Origin: Oscillospiraceae bacterium
GTDB lineage: Bacteria > Bacillota > Clostridia > Oscillospirales > CAG-272
Assembly (NCBI GenBank): GCA_015063585.1
Contig: SVTW01000003.1
Location: 871-64,870, forward strand
Length of the DNA stretch: 64,000 nucleotides
Direction: 5' to 3'
A program made the position numbers and the translations under genes. The first letter of the stretch is position 1; the number at the start of each line of letters is the position of its first letter. The notes beneath the pieces are model-generated. The model searched no databases. It saw only the letters and a list, made by a program, of their open reading frames with translations, and was not told where the DNA came from. This document shows positions 19,107-28,239 of the stretch, piece after piece.

Positions 19107-19982
19107 ATGAAACGCTCTATGCCGCCGCGCATCGCGGCCATTCACGACCTCTCCTGCTTCGGCAGGTGCGCCCTCACCGTTGTGCTGCCAACGCTCTCGG
19201 TCATGGGCTATCAGGTCGTCCCCGTCCCAACCGCTCTGCTCTCAACCCACACGGGCGGCTTTGACGGCATTTATTTCCGCGACCTCACCGCCGATATGGA
19301 CGCCATCGCCGCCCATTTGGATCGGCTTGGGGTCTCGTTCCGCGCGATCTACACGGGCTTTCTCGGCAGTGCCGAGCAGATCGAGACCGTCTCGCGCTTT
19401 CTCGATCTCTTTGCCGCGCGCACCGACGAGAGCCAAAATACGCCGCTGATCCTGATCGACCCCGTAATGGGCGACGACGGCGTGCTCTACTCCACCTACA
19501 CCCCTGAGCTGATGCGCGGAATGAAGCAGCTTGCCGCGCGCGCACAGCTTCTCACCCCCAACCTCACCGAGGCATGCTTTCTCACCGACACGCCGTGGCG
19601 CGATACCGCCGCGCTCCCCGAGGCCGAGGCGCTCGCCTTTGCCGAGTCGCTCCTTTGCGCGCTGGAAGGCATTTGCGGCGGCAGGATCGTGATCACGGGG
19701 ATCGGGCTTTCGGACGGGACGCTGGCAAACGTGGGCCGTGATACCGATGGCTCGCGCTTTTGCGTGCGCCTTCCGCATGAGGGCAGACCCTTTCCGGGTA
19801 CGGGAGACCTTTTTGCGTCGGTCCTGCTCGGTGCCCTGCTCGACGGCAAGGAATTTCCCGCCGCCTGCGAAACGGCCGCGCGTTTTACCGCCGAGGTGAT
19901 CCGCGATTCCGCCGCGATCGACGCCCCCGCGCGCAACGGTGTCGCGCTTGAATCGCATCTCGGCAAACTCGCCAATTTATGA
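19107..19982 (+). CDS. pdxK: Pyridoxal/pyridoxamine kinase
   Basis: IAAIHDLSCFGRCAL, PTALLSTHTGG, DPVMGD, TPNLTEA and GTGDLFAS. Confidence 0.9.
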   Translation: MKRSMPPRIAAIHDLSCFGRCALTVVLPTLSVMGYQVVPVPTALLSTHTGGFDGIYFRDLTADMDAIAAHLDRLGVSFRAIYTGFLGSAEQIETVSRFLDLFAARTDESQNTPLILIDPVMGDDGVLYSTYTPELMRGMKQLAARAQLLTPNLTEACFLTDTPWRDTAALPEAEALAFAESLLCALEGICGGRIVITGIGLSDGTLANVGRDTDGSRFCVRLPHEGRPFPGTGDLFASVLLGALLDGKEFPAACETAARFTAEVIRDSAAIDAPARNGVALESHLGKLANL

Positions 19983-19996
19983 AAGGAAGCTCAAAA

Positions 19997-20716
19997 ATGC
20001 CAAATTTCCGTAAAGTCCGCATCGTCGGACGCATCATTCGCACCCTTTTGGTGCTTCTGGTCGTTGCCATCAATGCGCTCCTTCTCTGGCGTGTGTTCGT
20101 CTCCACCAAGCCCCCCCGCGAGATCGGACATCTGCAAGCAAACGAAGCGCTTGTTTCGGCTTACGAGACCCACGGCACCTCGCTCACCCTGCGCTATCAG
20201 GAGCAGGCATCGATCACGCGCGCCGAGGGCAACTACGGCTATTTCTCGGTCACGCAGTGCGTCTTCATTCCCGAAGCCGAGCAGGTGCAGATCGTTTTGC
20301 GCTACAACAACAGCACGATCCGCCATCTCGCCGAGGACTACACGCTCGATGAGATCCCCGACCGGGAAAACCATCTCTTTGACGTTACGTTGGTGAAAAC
20401 CACCGACCTTACCCCCGAGGACAGCTCGGACAATATCCAGCCCGAAACGCTTGAAAAAACTCGCTATTCTCCAAATGAAAACTATTTGCGCGACACCACC
20501 TCGCTCTACACCTACTACCGCTACACCTTTGACGGGGTCTGTGTGGACGATCTGACGGTTGGCGTATTTGTGGATATATTCTACGTGGACGACCTCAACT
20601 ATGAGGAAAAAGCTTACGGCACGCTCTGCATCTACGATGACGGCTCGGAATGGCTTGCCTATTCGCTCTCCGGTGCCGACAAGGCGGCTCTCGCCGCTTG
20701 GCGTGAGGAAAACTGA
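19997..20716 (+). CDS. Hypothetical membrane-anchored protein
   Basis: Single N-terminal TM and host-like codon usage; alternative start at 19979. Confidence 0.75.
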   Translation: MPNFRKVRIVGRIIRTLLVLLVVAINALLLWRVFVSTKPPREIGHLQANEALVSAYETHGTSLTLRYQEQASITRAEGNYGYFSVTQCVFIPEAEQVQIVLRYNNSTIRHLAEDYTLDEIPDRENHLFDVTLVKTTDLTPEDSSDNIQPETLEKTRYSPNENYLRDTTSLYTYYRYTFDGVCVDDLTVGVFVDIFYVDDLNYEEKAYGTLCIYDDGSEWLAYSLSGADKAALAAWREEN

Positions 20717-20778
20717 CAAACGATCTTATTTTTTGCGGCATCAATCTGCCAATATCAGAACAGAAAGGACTCCTTGCC

Positions 20779-21777
20779 ATGAACGTTCCCTATTCTCACG
20801 AAAGCATTCGCCTGACAGGTCGTTGGGACACGCGTGATCCCCACGCCGCCGTTGCGACCGCTACGGGCTCTTATATTGAATTTGCCTTTGAGGGCAAAAT
20901 GGCACTCGTGCATTTTGACGTTTCGATGAACGCCACGCCGCGCCTGCATCTATGGCTCCAGCTCGACGGCGGCGACATGTTTGACGCTCCGATCGACAGC
21001 CACATGCGTGTGATCGCGAAAACCGAAGGCAAGCACGTCTGCCGCATCATCTACCGCGGCGGCACCGAGCAGGAAAGACGCTGGTACGCGCCCCTGACCG
21101 CGAAGGTCTCCTTTATGGGCGTTCAAACCGAAAAGCCGATCCCGATCCCTGCCGACAACCGCCGTGTGATCGAATTTGTGGGCGACTCGATCACCGAGGG
21201 TGTACTGATCGACGTGGATTTTGCCGAAGGCGGCATGCCCGCGCACGAGATCAGCCAGCTCAACCGCTGTTATCTCGACGACGTTTGCGCTACCTACGCA
21301 TGGCAGACCGCCGAGGCGCTTGATCTGCGTCCCGTCTTTATGGGCTACGGCGCTGTGGGGGTCACGCGCGTTGGTTGCGGCTCGGTCCCCTTCGCACAAA
21401 ACGCTTATCCCTTCAATTTCGACGGCTCGCCCATTACGCACGCGCCCTCCGATTTCGTTCTGATCAATCACGGCGCAAACGACCGCGGCAGACCCACCGC
21501 TCTCTATCTGGAAAATTACGCGCGGCTGCTTGACGTTGTGCGCGAAAAGAATCCCAACGCGACCGTGATCGCGCTCTCGGCTTTCTGTGGTGCGCATCAC
21601 GCGGAGCTTGGCGAAATGATTGCCGACTACAACGCAAAGAACAACTGCAACGTCCGCTTCATCGATTCCAACGGTTGGATCTCCCCCGAGCCCCTGCACC
21701 CCCTGCGTGACGGGCATAACACCGTGGCAGAGCATCTGATCCCGCTCCTGAAGGAAATTGTTTCCGAGCAGGCATAA
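20779..21777 (+). CDS. SGNH/GDSL hydrolase (CE2-like esterase)
   Basis: IEFVGDSITEG, NHGANDR and LHP motifs after an N-terminal beta-rich domain. Confidence 0.85.
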   Translation: MNVPYSHESIRLTGRWDTRDPHAAVATATGSYIEFAFEGKMALVHFDVSMNATPRLHLWLQLDGGDMFDAPIDSHMRVIAKTEGKHVCRIIYRGGTEQERRWYAPLTAKVSFMGVQTEKPIPIPADNRRVIEFVGDSITEGVLIDVDFAEGGMPAHEISQLNRCYLDDVCATYAWQTAEALDLRPVFMGYGAVGVTRVGCGSVPFAQNAYPFNFDGSPITHAPSDFVLINHGANDRGRPTALYLENYARLLDVVREKNPNATVIALSAFCGAHHAELGEMIADYNAKNNCNVRFIDSNGWISPEPLHPLRDGHNTVAEHLIPLLKEIVSEQA

Positions 21778-21791
21778 ATAAGGACGCAGGC

Positions 21792-22415
21792 ATGAAGGCT
21801 TTTATCTATACGGGCGGTAAGATCCACCCCGCGCTTGTAACCGAAGCACCAAAGGAAGGCGACCTGGTCCTTGCGGCAGATTCGGGCTACACCAACGCGC
21901 GTGCACTTGGTGTGATGCCGCAGATCCTGCTCGGCGACTTTGACTCACTCGGCGAGGAAAACCTCCCCGACAACGTGGAGCTGATCCGCGTGCCTGCCGA
22001 GAAGGACGACACCGACACCCAGCTCGCCGTGCGCACGGCTTTGGAGCGCGGAGCCAACGAGCTTGTGATCATCGGTGGCTTGGAGGGTCGCCTCGACCAC
22101 ACGCTCTCCTCGGTCGCGATCCTCGAATACCTCGACAAAAACCATATCCACGCGCTGATGACAAGTGGCAAAAACCGCGTGCGCTTTCTGCGGAACAACA
22201 GTACGCTCATCGCACGCAGTGCCTACCGCTATCTCTCGCTCATCGCCGCCGACCCGATCGTAAAAGGCGTGACGCTCGATGGCTGCAAGTACCCGCTCAA
22301 AAACGCGCGCCTCTCGCGCACCTTCCAATACGCAGTCTCCAACGAGATCATCGGAAACTGCGCTTTTCTCGACGTCCGCCGCGGCGGTGTCTGGATCATC
22401 GAAAGCATCGACTAA
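21792..22415 (+). CDS. thiN: Thiamine diphosphokinase
   Basis: AADSG, GDFDS, EKDDTDT, GRLDH, KYPL and VSNE. Confidence 0.93.
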   Translation: MKAFIYTGGKIHPALVTEAPKEGDLVLAADSGYTNARALGVMPQILLGDFDSLGEENLPDNVELIRVPAEKDDTDTQLAVRTALERGANELVIIGGLEGRLDHTLSSVAILEYLDKNHIHALMTSGKNRVRFLRNNSTLIARSAYRYLSLIAADPIVKGVTLDGCKYPLKNARLSRTFQYAVSNEIIGNCAFLDVRRGGVWIIESID

Positions 22416-22432
22416 AACTTGATCTAAAACAC

Positions 22433-22987
22433 GGGGACGCGGTTTTTGCGAGGGCGCGGTTTGCGGGGTCTTTTTGAAAAAAGACCCCTGCACCCCAAAA
22501 ACTTTCCCGAACCAATTTTTATGGTGTGATGGGGTGTCCATCGTCTCAGGACATAGATATTGCCAATTGCCGTCAGGCGCCACCAAGACCCTGCCGGCAC
22601 TACCGATAAAGAAAGAATAACCCTTGTCTTGTAGGGACCGGCGTCCTCGACGGTCCAAAGAAGGAATGAATGACACCACGGTGTGGTGTCAGAACGCGAG
22701 CGTGACCGAGCCGCAGTGAGAACTCGACGGTCCAAATGCAATAATATTAAACCCCTGCCGGCACTACCGATAAAGCGAGATTTTCCACAGCCTCCCTCCG
22801 GGAGGGAGGTGGGTTTTGCGTAGCAAAAGCCGGAAGGAGCCGGCGATGGCTATGCCTTACAATTCCCAAAAACGATACTGACGTGAATCATACACAAACT
22901 CCATCGGCACTCGCGGAGGACGCGGGGGTACGTTTTTTGCGGGGAGGCAATCTTCGTCAGAAAACTTCTTTCAAGAACTTTTCTGAC
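22433..22987 (+). repeat. Mosaic array R2 (B-C J G J F J A)
   Basis: Junction cores at 22595, 22759 and 22905; GTAGGGACCGGCGTCCTCGACGGTCC and CCTCCCTCCGGGAGGGAGG hairpins. Confidence 0.92.
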
Positions 22988-23018
22988 AAAAAATAAAAAA
23001 GGAGAAACCAACGAAAAG

Positions 23019-24398
23019 ATGAGCATTGGCAATTTTTTAGCGCAACGGCGCGCATGGCGGCAGGGAGTACGTCACTGCACCTTTGACCCGCAGGGTCCCG
23101 GTGTAGTACGGATCCATCTGATCCCGCCGCGTCCGCGTTTTTTCGGCACGGCACCGCACATTGTCATATTAAACGGCTACTATCTGCTCCCGATCGGCTA
23201 TTCATGGGCGATCCTGCTTTCGCATTTTATGGAGGAGGTGGAAGCCACGGGCGGTGATCCGATCGACGACGCCGAAACCGAAGCTCTCATCGAACGCACG
23301 GTTGCGCGGACACGCCGCTTCTACCGTCACGCATCGGCGGAGGAGCTGCGCGAAGACCTGAACGAGATTCTGGACGTCCTTTTCGCCGTTGCGGGCGGAG
23401 CCAATCCCGACGCCGAGATCGAGCGTCTTTCGATCCGTTCCTATGCCAAGCACATGACCGCACCGCACCGCATGGATCTGATGGTGAGTGCCATGACAGA
23501 CGAGGGCGGTGCATGGAAATGCAATCAAAAATGCCGCTTCTGCTATGCGGCAGGGCAGAGTCTTTCGGGAACGCGCGAGCTTTCGGGCGACGAATGGAAG
23601 CGTGTGATCGACCGTCTCCGCCGCGCGGGCGTGCCCATGCTGACCTTCACGGGCGGTGAACCCACACTGCGCGAGGACCTTTGCGAGCTCGTCGCGCATG
23701 CGAAATGGTTCGTAACAAGACTGAACACCAACGGCGTGGCGCTCACGCGTGCGCTTGCCGACGGTCTTTGCAAAGCCGAGCTCGACAGCGTGCAGATCAC
23801 GCTTTATTCCGCCGACGAGACCGTACATAACACGCTTGTTGGGGCGTCGCATCATGCCGACACCTTGCGCGGCATTGAAAACGCGCTCGCGGCGGGGCTC
23901 GACGTCAGTGTAAACACCCCGCTCTGCCGCCTCAATGCCGACTACCCTGCCACGCTCACGCTCCTGCACCGCCTTGGAGTCCGTTACGTCACGCTGAGCG
24001 GACTGATCTGCACGGGTGGTGCGGCAAGTGCGCATGCCGATCAGGATCTGACCGAGGACGAGCTCTGCGCGATCCTTGGCGCGGCAAAGGAATTTTGCGA
24101 CACGCACGGCATGGAGCTTGATTTTACCTCTCCCGGTCTGATTGCATCGGAACGCCTGGAGGCACTCGGCTTGCGTGTTCCGATGTGCGGCGCCGCGCTT
24201 TCTAACATGGCGGTCTCGCCCGACGGGCACGCGATCCCCTGCCAGAGCTGGCTCTCCGCAGATGCCACGCTCGGCAACCTGCTCACCGATCCATTCGACA
24301 AAATATGGAAGCACCGCATCTGCCGCCGTCTGCGCGCAATGACCGAAGCCGAGGCACTGCGTTGCCCCTTCCGCTCCGCATCGGGAAAGGAGATTTGA
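23019..24398 (+). CDS. Radical SAM protein with SPASM/Twitch-type C-terminal domain and ~150-aa N-terminal extension
   Basis: CNQKCRFC (CxxxCxxC), TGGEP, NTNG and CGAALSNMAVSPDGHAIPCQ. Confidence 0.92.
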   Translation: MSIGNFLAQRRAWRQGVRHCTFDPQGPGVVRIHLIPPRPRFFGTAPHIVILNGYYLLPIGYSWAILLSHFMEEVEATGGDPIDDAETEALIERTVARTRRFYRHASAEELREDLNEILDVLFAVAGGANPDAEIERLSIRSYAKHMTAPHRMDLMVSAMTDEGGAWKCNQKCRFCYAAGQSLSGTRELSGDEWKRVIDRLRRAGVPMLTFTGGEPTLREDLCELVAHAKWFVTRLNTNGVALTRALADGLCKAELDSVQITLYSADETVHNTLVGASHHADTLRGIENALAAGLDVSVNTPLCRLNADYPATLTLLHRLGVRYVTLSGLICTGGAASAHADQDLTEDELCAILGAAKEFCDTHGMELDFTSPGLIASERLEALGLRVPMCGAALSNMAVSPDGHAIPCQSWLSADATLGNLLTDPFDKIWKHRICRRLRAMTEAEALRCPFRSASGKEI

Positions 24399-24399
24399 A

Positions 24400-25452
24400 A
24401 TGGCAAGCAAAAAGAAAAAATACTCCCCCGATCCCTTTTCCGAGCAGGAGATCCGCAAAAAACGAAAATTCCCAATCCTTGACACGATCCTGATGGTCTG
24501 TCTGGTCGTGTTGCAGATCTGCATGGTCATTTTGGCAATCATCTACAACCCCCAACCGCAGGACGTGATCAATGCGTATGAGATCACGGTCGAGCCGCGC
24601 GGTGACGGCACGCTCGACATCACCTACCGCCTCCTTTGGACGCCGCTGGACGAGGACGAGCCGCTGACGTGGATCGAAATTGGCATGCCGAACCGCTCCT
24701 TTACGGTGGATCGCACTTCTCTCGGCGGTGCGGCAAGCAGCACGGTGCCCTACATCGAGGACGATTTCTGCACGTTGGAGGTCCACCTCGACCGCGCCTA
24801 TACGGCTGGCGAGCAGCTCGAAATTTGCTTTACCGTCAACCAAGCCAACATGCTTTGCAAGGACGAGGACGGCTATTTCTACGAGCTGATCCCCTCTTGG
24901 TTCAACGCTACCCCCGTGGAGCATTTTACCTTCCGTTGGAAGGACGCGGTGGGGCTGACCGAAACCAACGCGGCATCGAAAAAGTCCTCCTATCACGTTT
25001 GGGAGGGCGAAATGCCCTGCGGCACCTACGTTCCCATGACGGTGCGCTATAACGCCGACTCCTTCCGGGGCGCGCAAACCGTAAAATATGAGGAATTCAA
25101 CGATTCGGACGTTGAAGACACCCTGCGCGGCGATAAGATCGGAATGGTGATCGGAATGGTCTTTTTGATCCTGTTGGTCGGCGCCTTTGAGGTCTATCTG
25201 ATCGACAGCTTCGTTTCCTACGATCGCGGACGCGGATTCCTTTCGGGTCACGGTCACCGCGTGCATCTCTACGGACGCGTCAATCCCCTCTATCGCACCG
25301 CCTGCAATGAGGCGTCCGCCTCGCACCGCTATCGCGGCGGAGGCGGCGGTTGCGCCTGCGCATGTGCCTGCGCCTGCGCTTGCGCCGGCGGCGGCAGAGC
25401 CGGCTGTAGCCAAAAAGACGGCTTCGCTTGGAAAAAACATTTGAATACCTAA
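24400..25452 (+). CDS. DUF2207-like membrane protein with Gly/(Cys-Ala)6 C-terminal tail
   Basis: N-terminal TM, YEITVEPRGDGTLDITY beta domain, second TM, and tail GGGGGCACACACACACAGGGRAGC. Starts 1 nt after the radical SAM stop. Confidence 0.8.
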   Translation: MASKKKKYSPDPFSEQEIRKKRKFPILDTILMVCLVVLQICMVILAIIYNPQPQDVINAYEITVEPRGDGTLDITYRLLWTPLDEDEPLTWIEIGMPNRSFTVDRTSLGGAASSTVPYIEDDFCTLEVHLDRAYTAGEQLEICFTVNQANMLCKDEDGYFYELIPSWFNATPVEHFTFRWKDAVGLTETNAASKKSSYHVWEGEMPCGTYVPMTVRYNADSFRGAQTVKYEEFNDSDVEDTLRGDKIGMVIGMVFLILLVGAFEVYLIDSFVSYDRGRGFLSGHGHRVHLYGRVNPLYRTACNEASASHRYRGGGGGCACACACACACAGGGRAGCSQKDGFAWKKHLNT

Positions 25453-25458
25453 AATAAA

Positions 25459-26322
25459 GAGGCTGCGTCATTGGCGCAGCCTCTGCTCAAAAAAGCCGAC
25501 GGTAGGCTTTTTTGTAGCGCGGAATTTGCGGTTTTCGACTGCAAAGCCGTCGAAAATTGCGGTGTTTAGCCGCAAAGCGAAAACGTCGGGGGTGAGTACC
25601 AAATGCATTTTGGCATTTGACTCACCCCCTTTATCGTACCCCCGCGTCCTCCGCGAGTGCCGATAAAGTTTGTGTATGATTCACGTCGTTCCCGTTTTTG
25701 GGAATTGTAAGGCATAGCCATCGCCGGCTCCTTCCGGCTTTTGCTACGCAAAACCCACCTCCCTCCCGGAGGGAGGCTATGGGAAAACTCGCTTTTCCGC
25801 GAGCGCCGGCAGGGTCTTGGCGGCACCTGACGGCAATCGGTAGTACCTAAGTCCTGAGACGATGGATACCCCATCACACTATAAAAATCGTTCGGGAAAG
25901 TTCTTGAAAGGTGTCGGAAAACTTCTTTCAAGAAGTTTTCTGACAAAAAACGCGTCCCGTGTTGCTCTCGGAACTCCACAGCCGATTTTTCTTTGCAGGA
26001 AGGAGGCGCAAAGAAAAATCTATCAAAAAGAAACGCCGATAAGGGAGTTTCGCGCTGTGCGGAGCGCGCCAAGGGCTACTCGCCCTTGACCTCGCAAGCT
26101 TTTGAAAAAGCTTGACCAAAACTTTTCCGCAAGAGCTCTCGGTTTTTTCGCGAGTGCCGGCAGGGTCTTGGCGGTGCCTGACGGCAATCGGTAGCACCTA
26201 AGTCCTGAGACGATGGATACCCCATCACACTATAAAAATCGTTCGGGAAAGTTCTTGAAAGGTGTCGGAAAACTTCTTTCAAGAAGTTTTCTGACAAAAA
26301 CCGCGTCCTCGCGTCTCCGCAT
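25459..26322 (-). repeat. Mosaic array R3 (A-C J D-A-C J F J H)
   Basis: Reverse-orientation junction cores at 25660, 25806 and 26157. Confidence 0.92.
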
Positions 26323-26338
26323 CATGCGGTTTTAGCGG

Positions 26339-26367
26339 TTGACTTTTACGCGGGATTCTGTTATAAT
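26339..26367 (+). promoter_or_regulatory. Sigma-A promoter of FtsK-like gene
   Basis: TTGACT-17-TATAAT with extended TG; GAGGAGG RBS. Confidence 0.65.
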
Positions 26368-26402
26368 GAAACGGAAGAATCCAAGAGAGGAGGCATTTTA
26401 AA

Positions 26403-27524
26403 ATGAGCCAAGCAAGCTTTCCGAATATTGAAGGCGATAGCTGGGAGCATCTTGCATTTTGCACCTACACCATATCGGAATTTTTAAAGAATGTGGGGCT
26501 TGAGGCGCGCGAGATCACGTACTCCAAATCGCCGCGCGTCACACGCTACAGGGTCACGCTTCAGCCGCCACGCGAAAAAAAGAAGCCTCCTAAGGCTTCG
26601 TCGCTATCCTCCGAGCTCGCACTCGCTCTGCACAGCGCGTACCCCGTACGCGTTTCGGTGGAGCCAAACCACCCGAACACGCTTTTGATCGACATTCCAA
26701 ACGAAAATACCGAGGCGGTGACCTTTTCGGACGTCCGCTCCCTGTGCCGCGATACCGAATCCGAGCGGCTTCCGTCACTCTGCATCGGCATTGATACCGA
26801 CGGCTGGCCCGTACAATTTCGCTTGGATCTTCAGCCGCATCTGCTCGTGTCGGGTATTTCGGGTTCGGGAAAGACCTCGCTGATCAACACCTTTATTGCG
26901 GGGCTTACCTCCAAGCTCTCGCCCAAGGATCTCTGCTTTTTGCTGTTTGACCCCAAAAAGGTCGAGTTTTCCGCGCTGAAGTCGTTTCCTTACCTGCTCT
27001 ACCCCATAATCAGCGACCCCGACGAGGCAATTTCGGCATTGCAGATCCTTTGCGAGGAGATCAAAGCACGTTGTGAACGGCTCCGCGCGGCGCATACCGT
27101 TGGAATTGTAACCTACCGACGCGAAGCCATCGGAAACAACCGTCTTCCGCCAATGCCCTATGTCGTGGTGGTGATCGACGAGATCATGAACCTGATGCTC
27201 ACGTCCGAAATGCGCAAAAAAGCGACCGACGCCCTCTGCTACATCACGCAAAAGGGGCGCGCCGCGGGCGTTCACCTCATCATCGGCGTACAGAGACCGT
27301 CACCCATTATTCTGCCCGAGCTGCTTCTTTCAAACCTCCCAACACGCATCGCGCTGCGCACGACCACCATGATCGATTCCAAAATGATTCTCTTCGGACA
27401 TGACGGCGCGCAACATCTGTGCGGGTCGGGCGATGCGCTTCTCCTCCTTTCCGAGGACGCCCAAACACCGATCCGCTTTCAGTCCGCCTACACCCTCCCC
27501 GAGGATATTCTCTCATTCGTATAA
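26403..27524 (+). CDS. Short FtsK/SpoIIIE-family ATPase (alpha + ATPase domains only)
   Basis: SPRVTRYRV...IDIPN alpha domain, PHLLVSGISGSGKT, DPKKVE, VVIDE, QKGRAAGVHLI, QRPS and GSGDAL; no TM or gamma domain. Confidence 0.88.
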   Translation: MSQASFPNIEGDSWEHLAFCTYTISEFLKNVGLEAREITYSKSPRVTRYRVTLQPPREKKKPPKASSLSSELALALHSAYPVRVSVEPNHPNTLLIDIPNENTEAVTFSDVRSLCRDTESERLPSLCIGIDTDGWPVQFRLDLQPHLLVSGISGSGKTSLINTFIAGLTSKLSPKDLCFLLFDPKKVEFSALKSFPYLLYPIISDPDEAISALQILCEEIKARCERLRAAHTVGIVTYRREAIGNNRLPPMPYVVVVIDEIMNLMLTSEMRKKATDALCYITQKGRAAGVHLIIGVQRPSPIILPELLLSNLPTRIALRTTTMIDSKMILFGHDGAQHLCGSGDALLLLSEDAQTPIRFQSAYTLPEDILSFV

Positions 27525-27552
27525 AAACATAAAAACGCAGGGCGAGGTTCAT

Positions 27553-28133
27553 GGGGGTGAGTCAAATGCAAAAATGCATTTGGTACTCACCCCCTCTCAT
27601 TTTGCTCTCGGCACTCCACAGCCGATTTTTCTTTGCAAGAAGGAGGCGCAAAGAAAAATCTATCAAAAAGAAACGCCGATCAGGGAGTTTCGCGCTCTGC
27701 GGAGCGCGCCAAGGGCTACTCGCCCTTGACCTCGCAAGCTTTTGAAAAAGCTTGACCAAAACTTTTCCGAATGAGCTTTCGGTTTTTCCGCGAGTGCCGG
27801 CAGGGGTTGTTTATAACTCTGAATACATACCTTCTTGGGTCATCCTGAGCGGGCGGCAGCCGCGAAGGATCTTGAAACATTTTTTCGGAGTTTTTGCCTT
27901 TTTCGGAAAAGCTACCAGATTCTTCGCACGCTTGCGCGGCTCAGAATGACCCCGATAAAGAAAACGGTTTCCTATCGGTAGTGCCGGCAGGGTCTTGGTG
28001 GCGCCTGACGGCAATTGGCAATACCTAAGTCCTGAGCCGACGCGCACTCCACCACACTATAAAAATCGTTCGGGAAAGTTTTTGGGGTGCAGGGGTCTTT
28101 TTTCAAAAAGACCCCGCAAATCGCGTCTCCGCA
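27553..28133 (-). repeat. Mosaic array R4 (B-C J E-L J D, ending in an H hairpin)
   Basis: Reverse junction cores at 27797 and 27984. Confidence 0.92.
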
Positions 28134-28161
28134 TAAAAAACGTCAAAATTTGGTCATACTC

Positions 28162-28190
28162 TTGACACATTGGGCTGTTAGCATTATAAT
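28162..28190 (+). promoter_or_regulatory. Sigma-A promoter of ABC operon
   Basis: TTGACA-17-TATAAT (perfect consensus). Confidence 0.75.
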
Positions 28191-28239
28191 ATTATAGATA
28201 GATAAAAACATTTTGCGAAAAGAAAGAGAGGCACAAAAT

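Noticed and set aside
21778-21791. TPP riboswitch before thiN
   Set aside because: Only 14 bp of intergenic space.
25566-26297. Recurrent short ORFs in arrays (e.g. KLFQKLARSRASSPWRAP, SENFLKEVFRHLSRTFP, HSLPPGGRWVLRSK)
   Set aside because: They are translations of the non-coding repeats; starts, stops and frames differ between copies and there are no RBSs.
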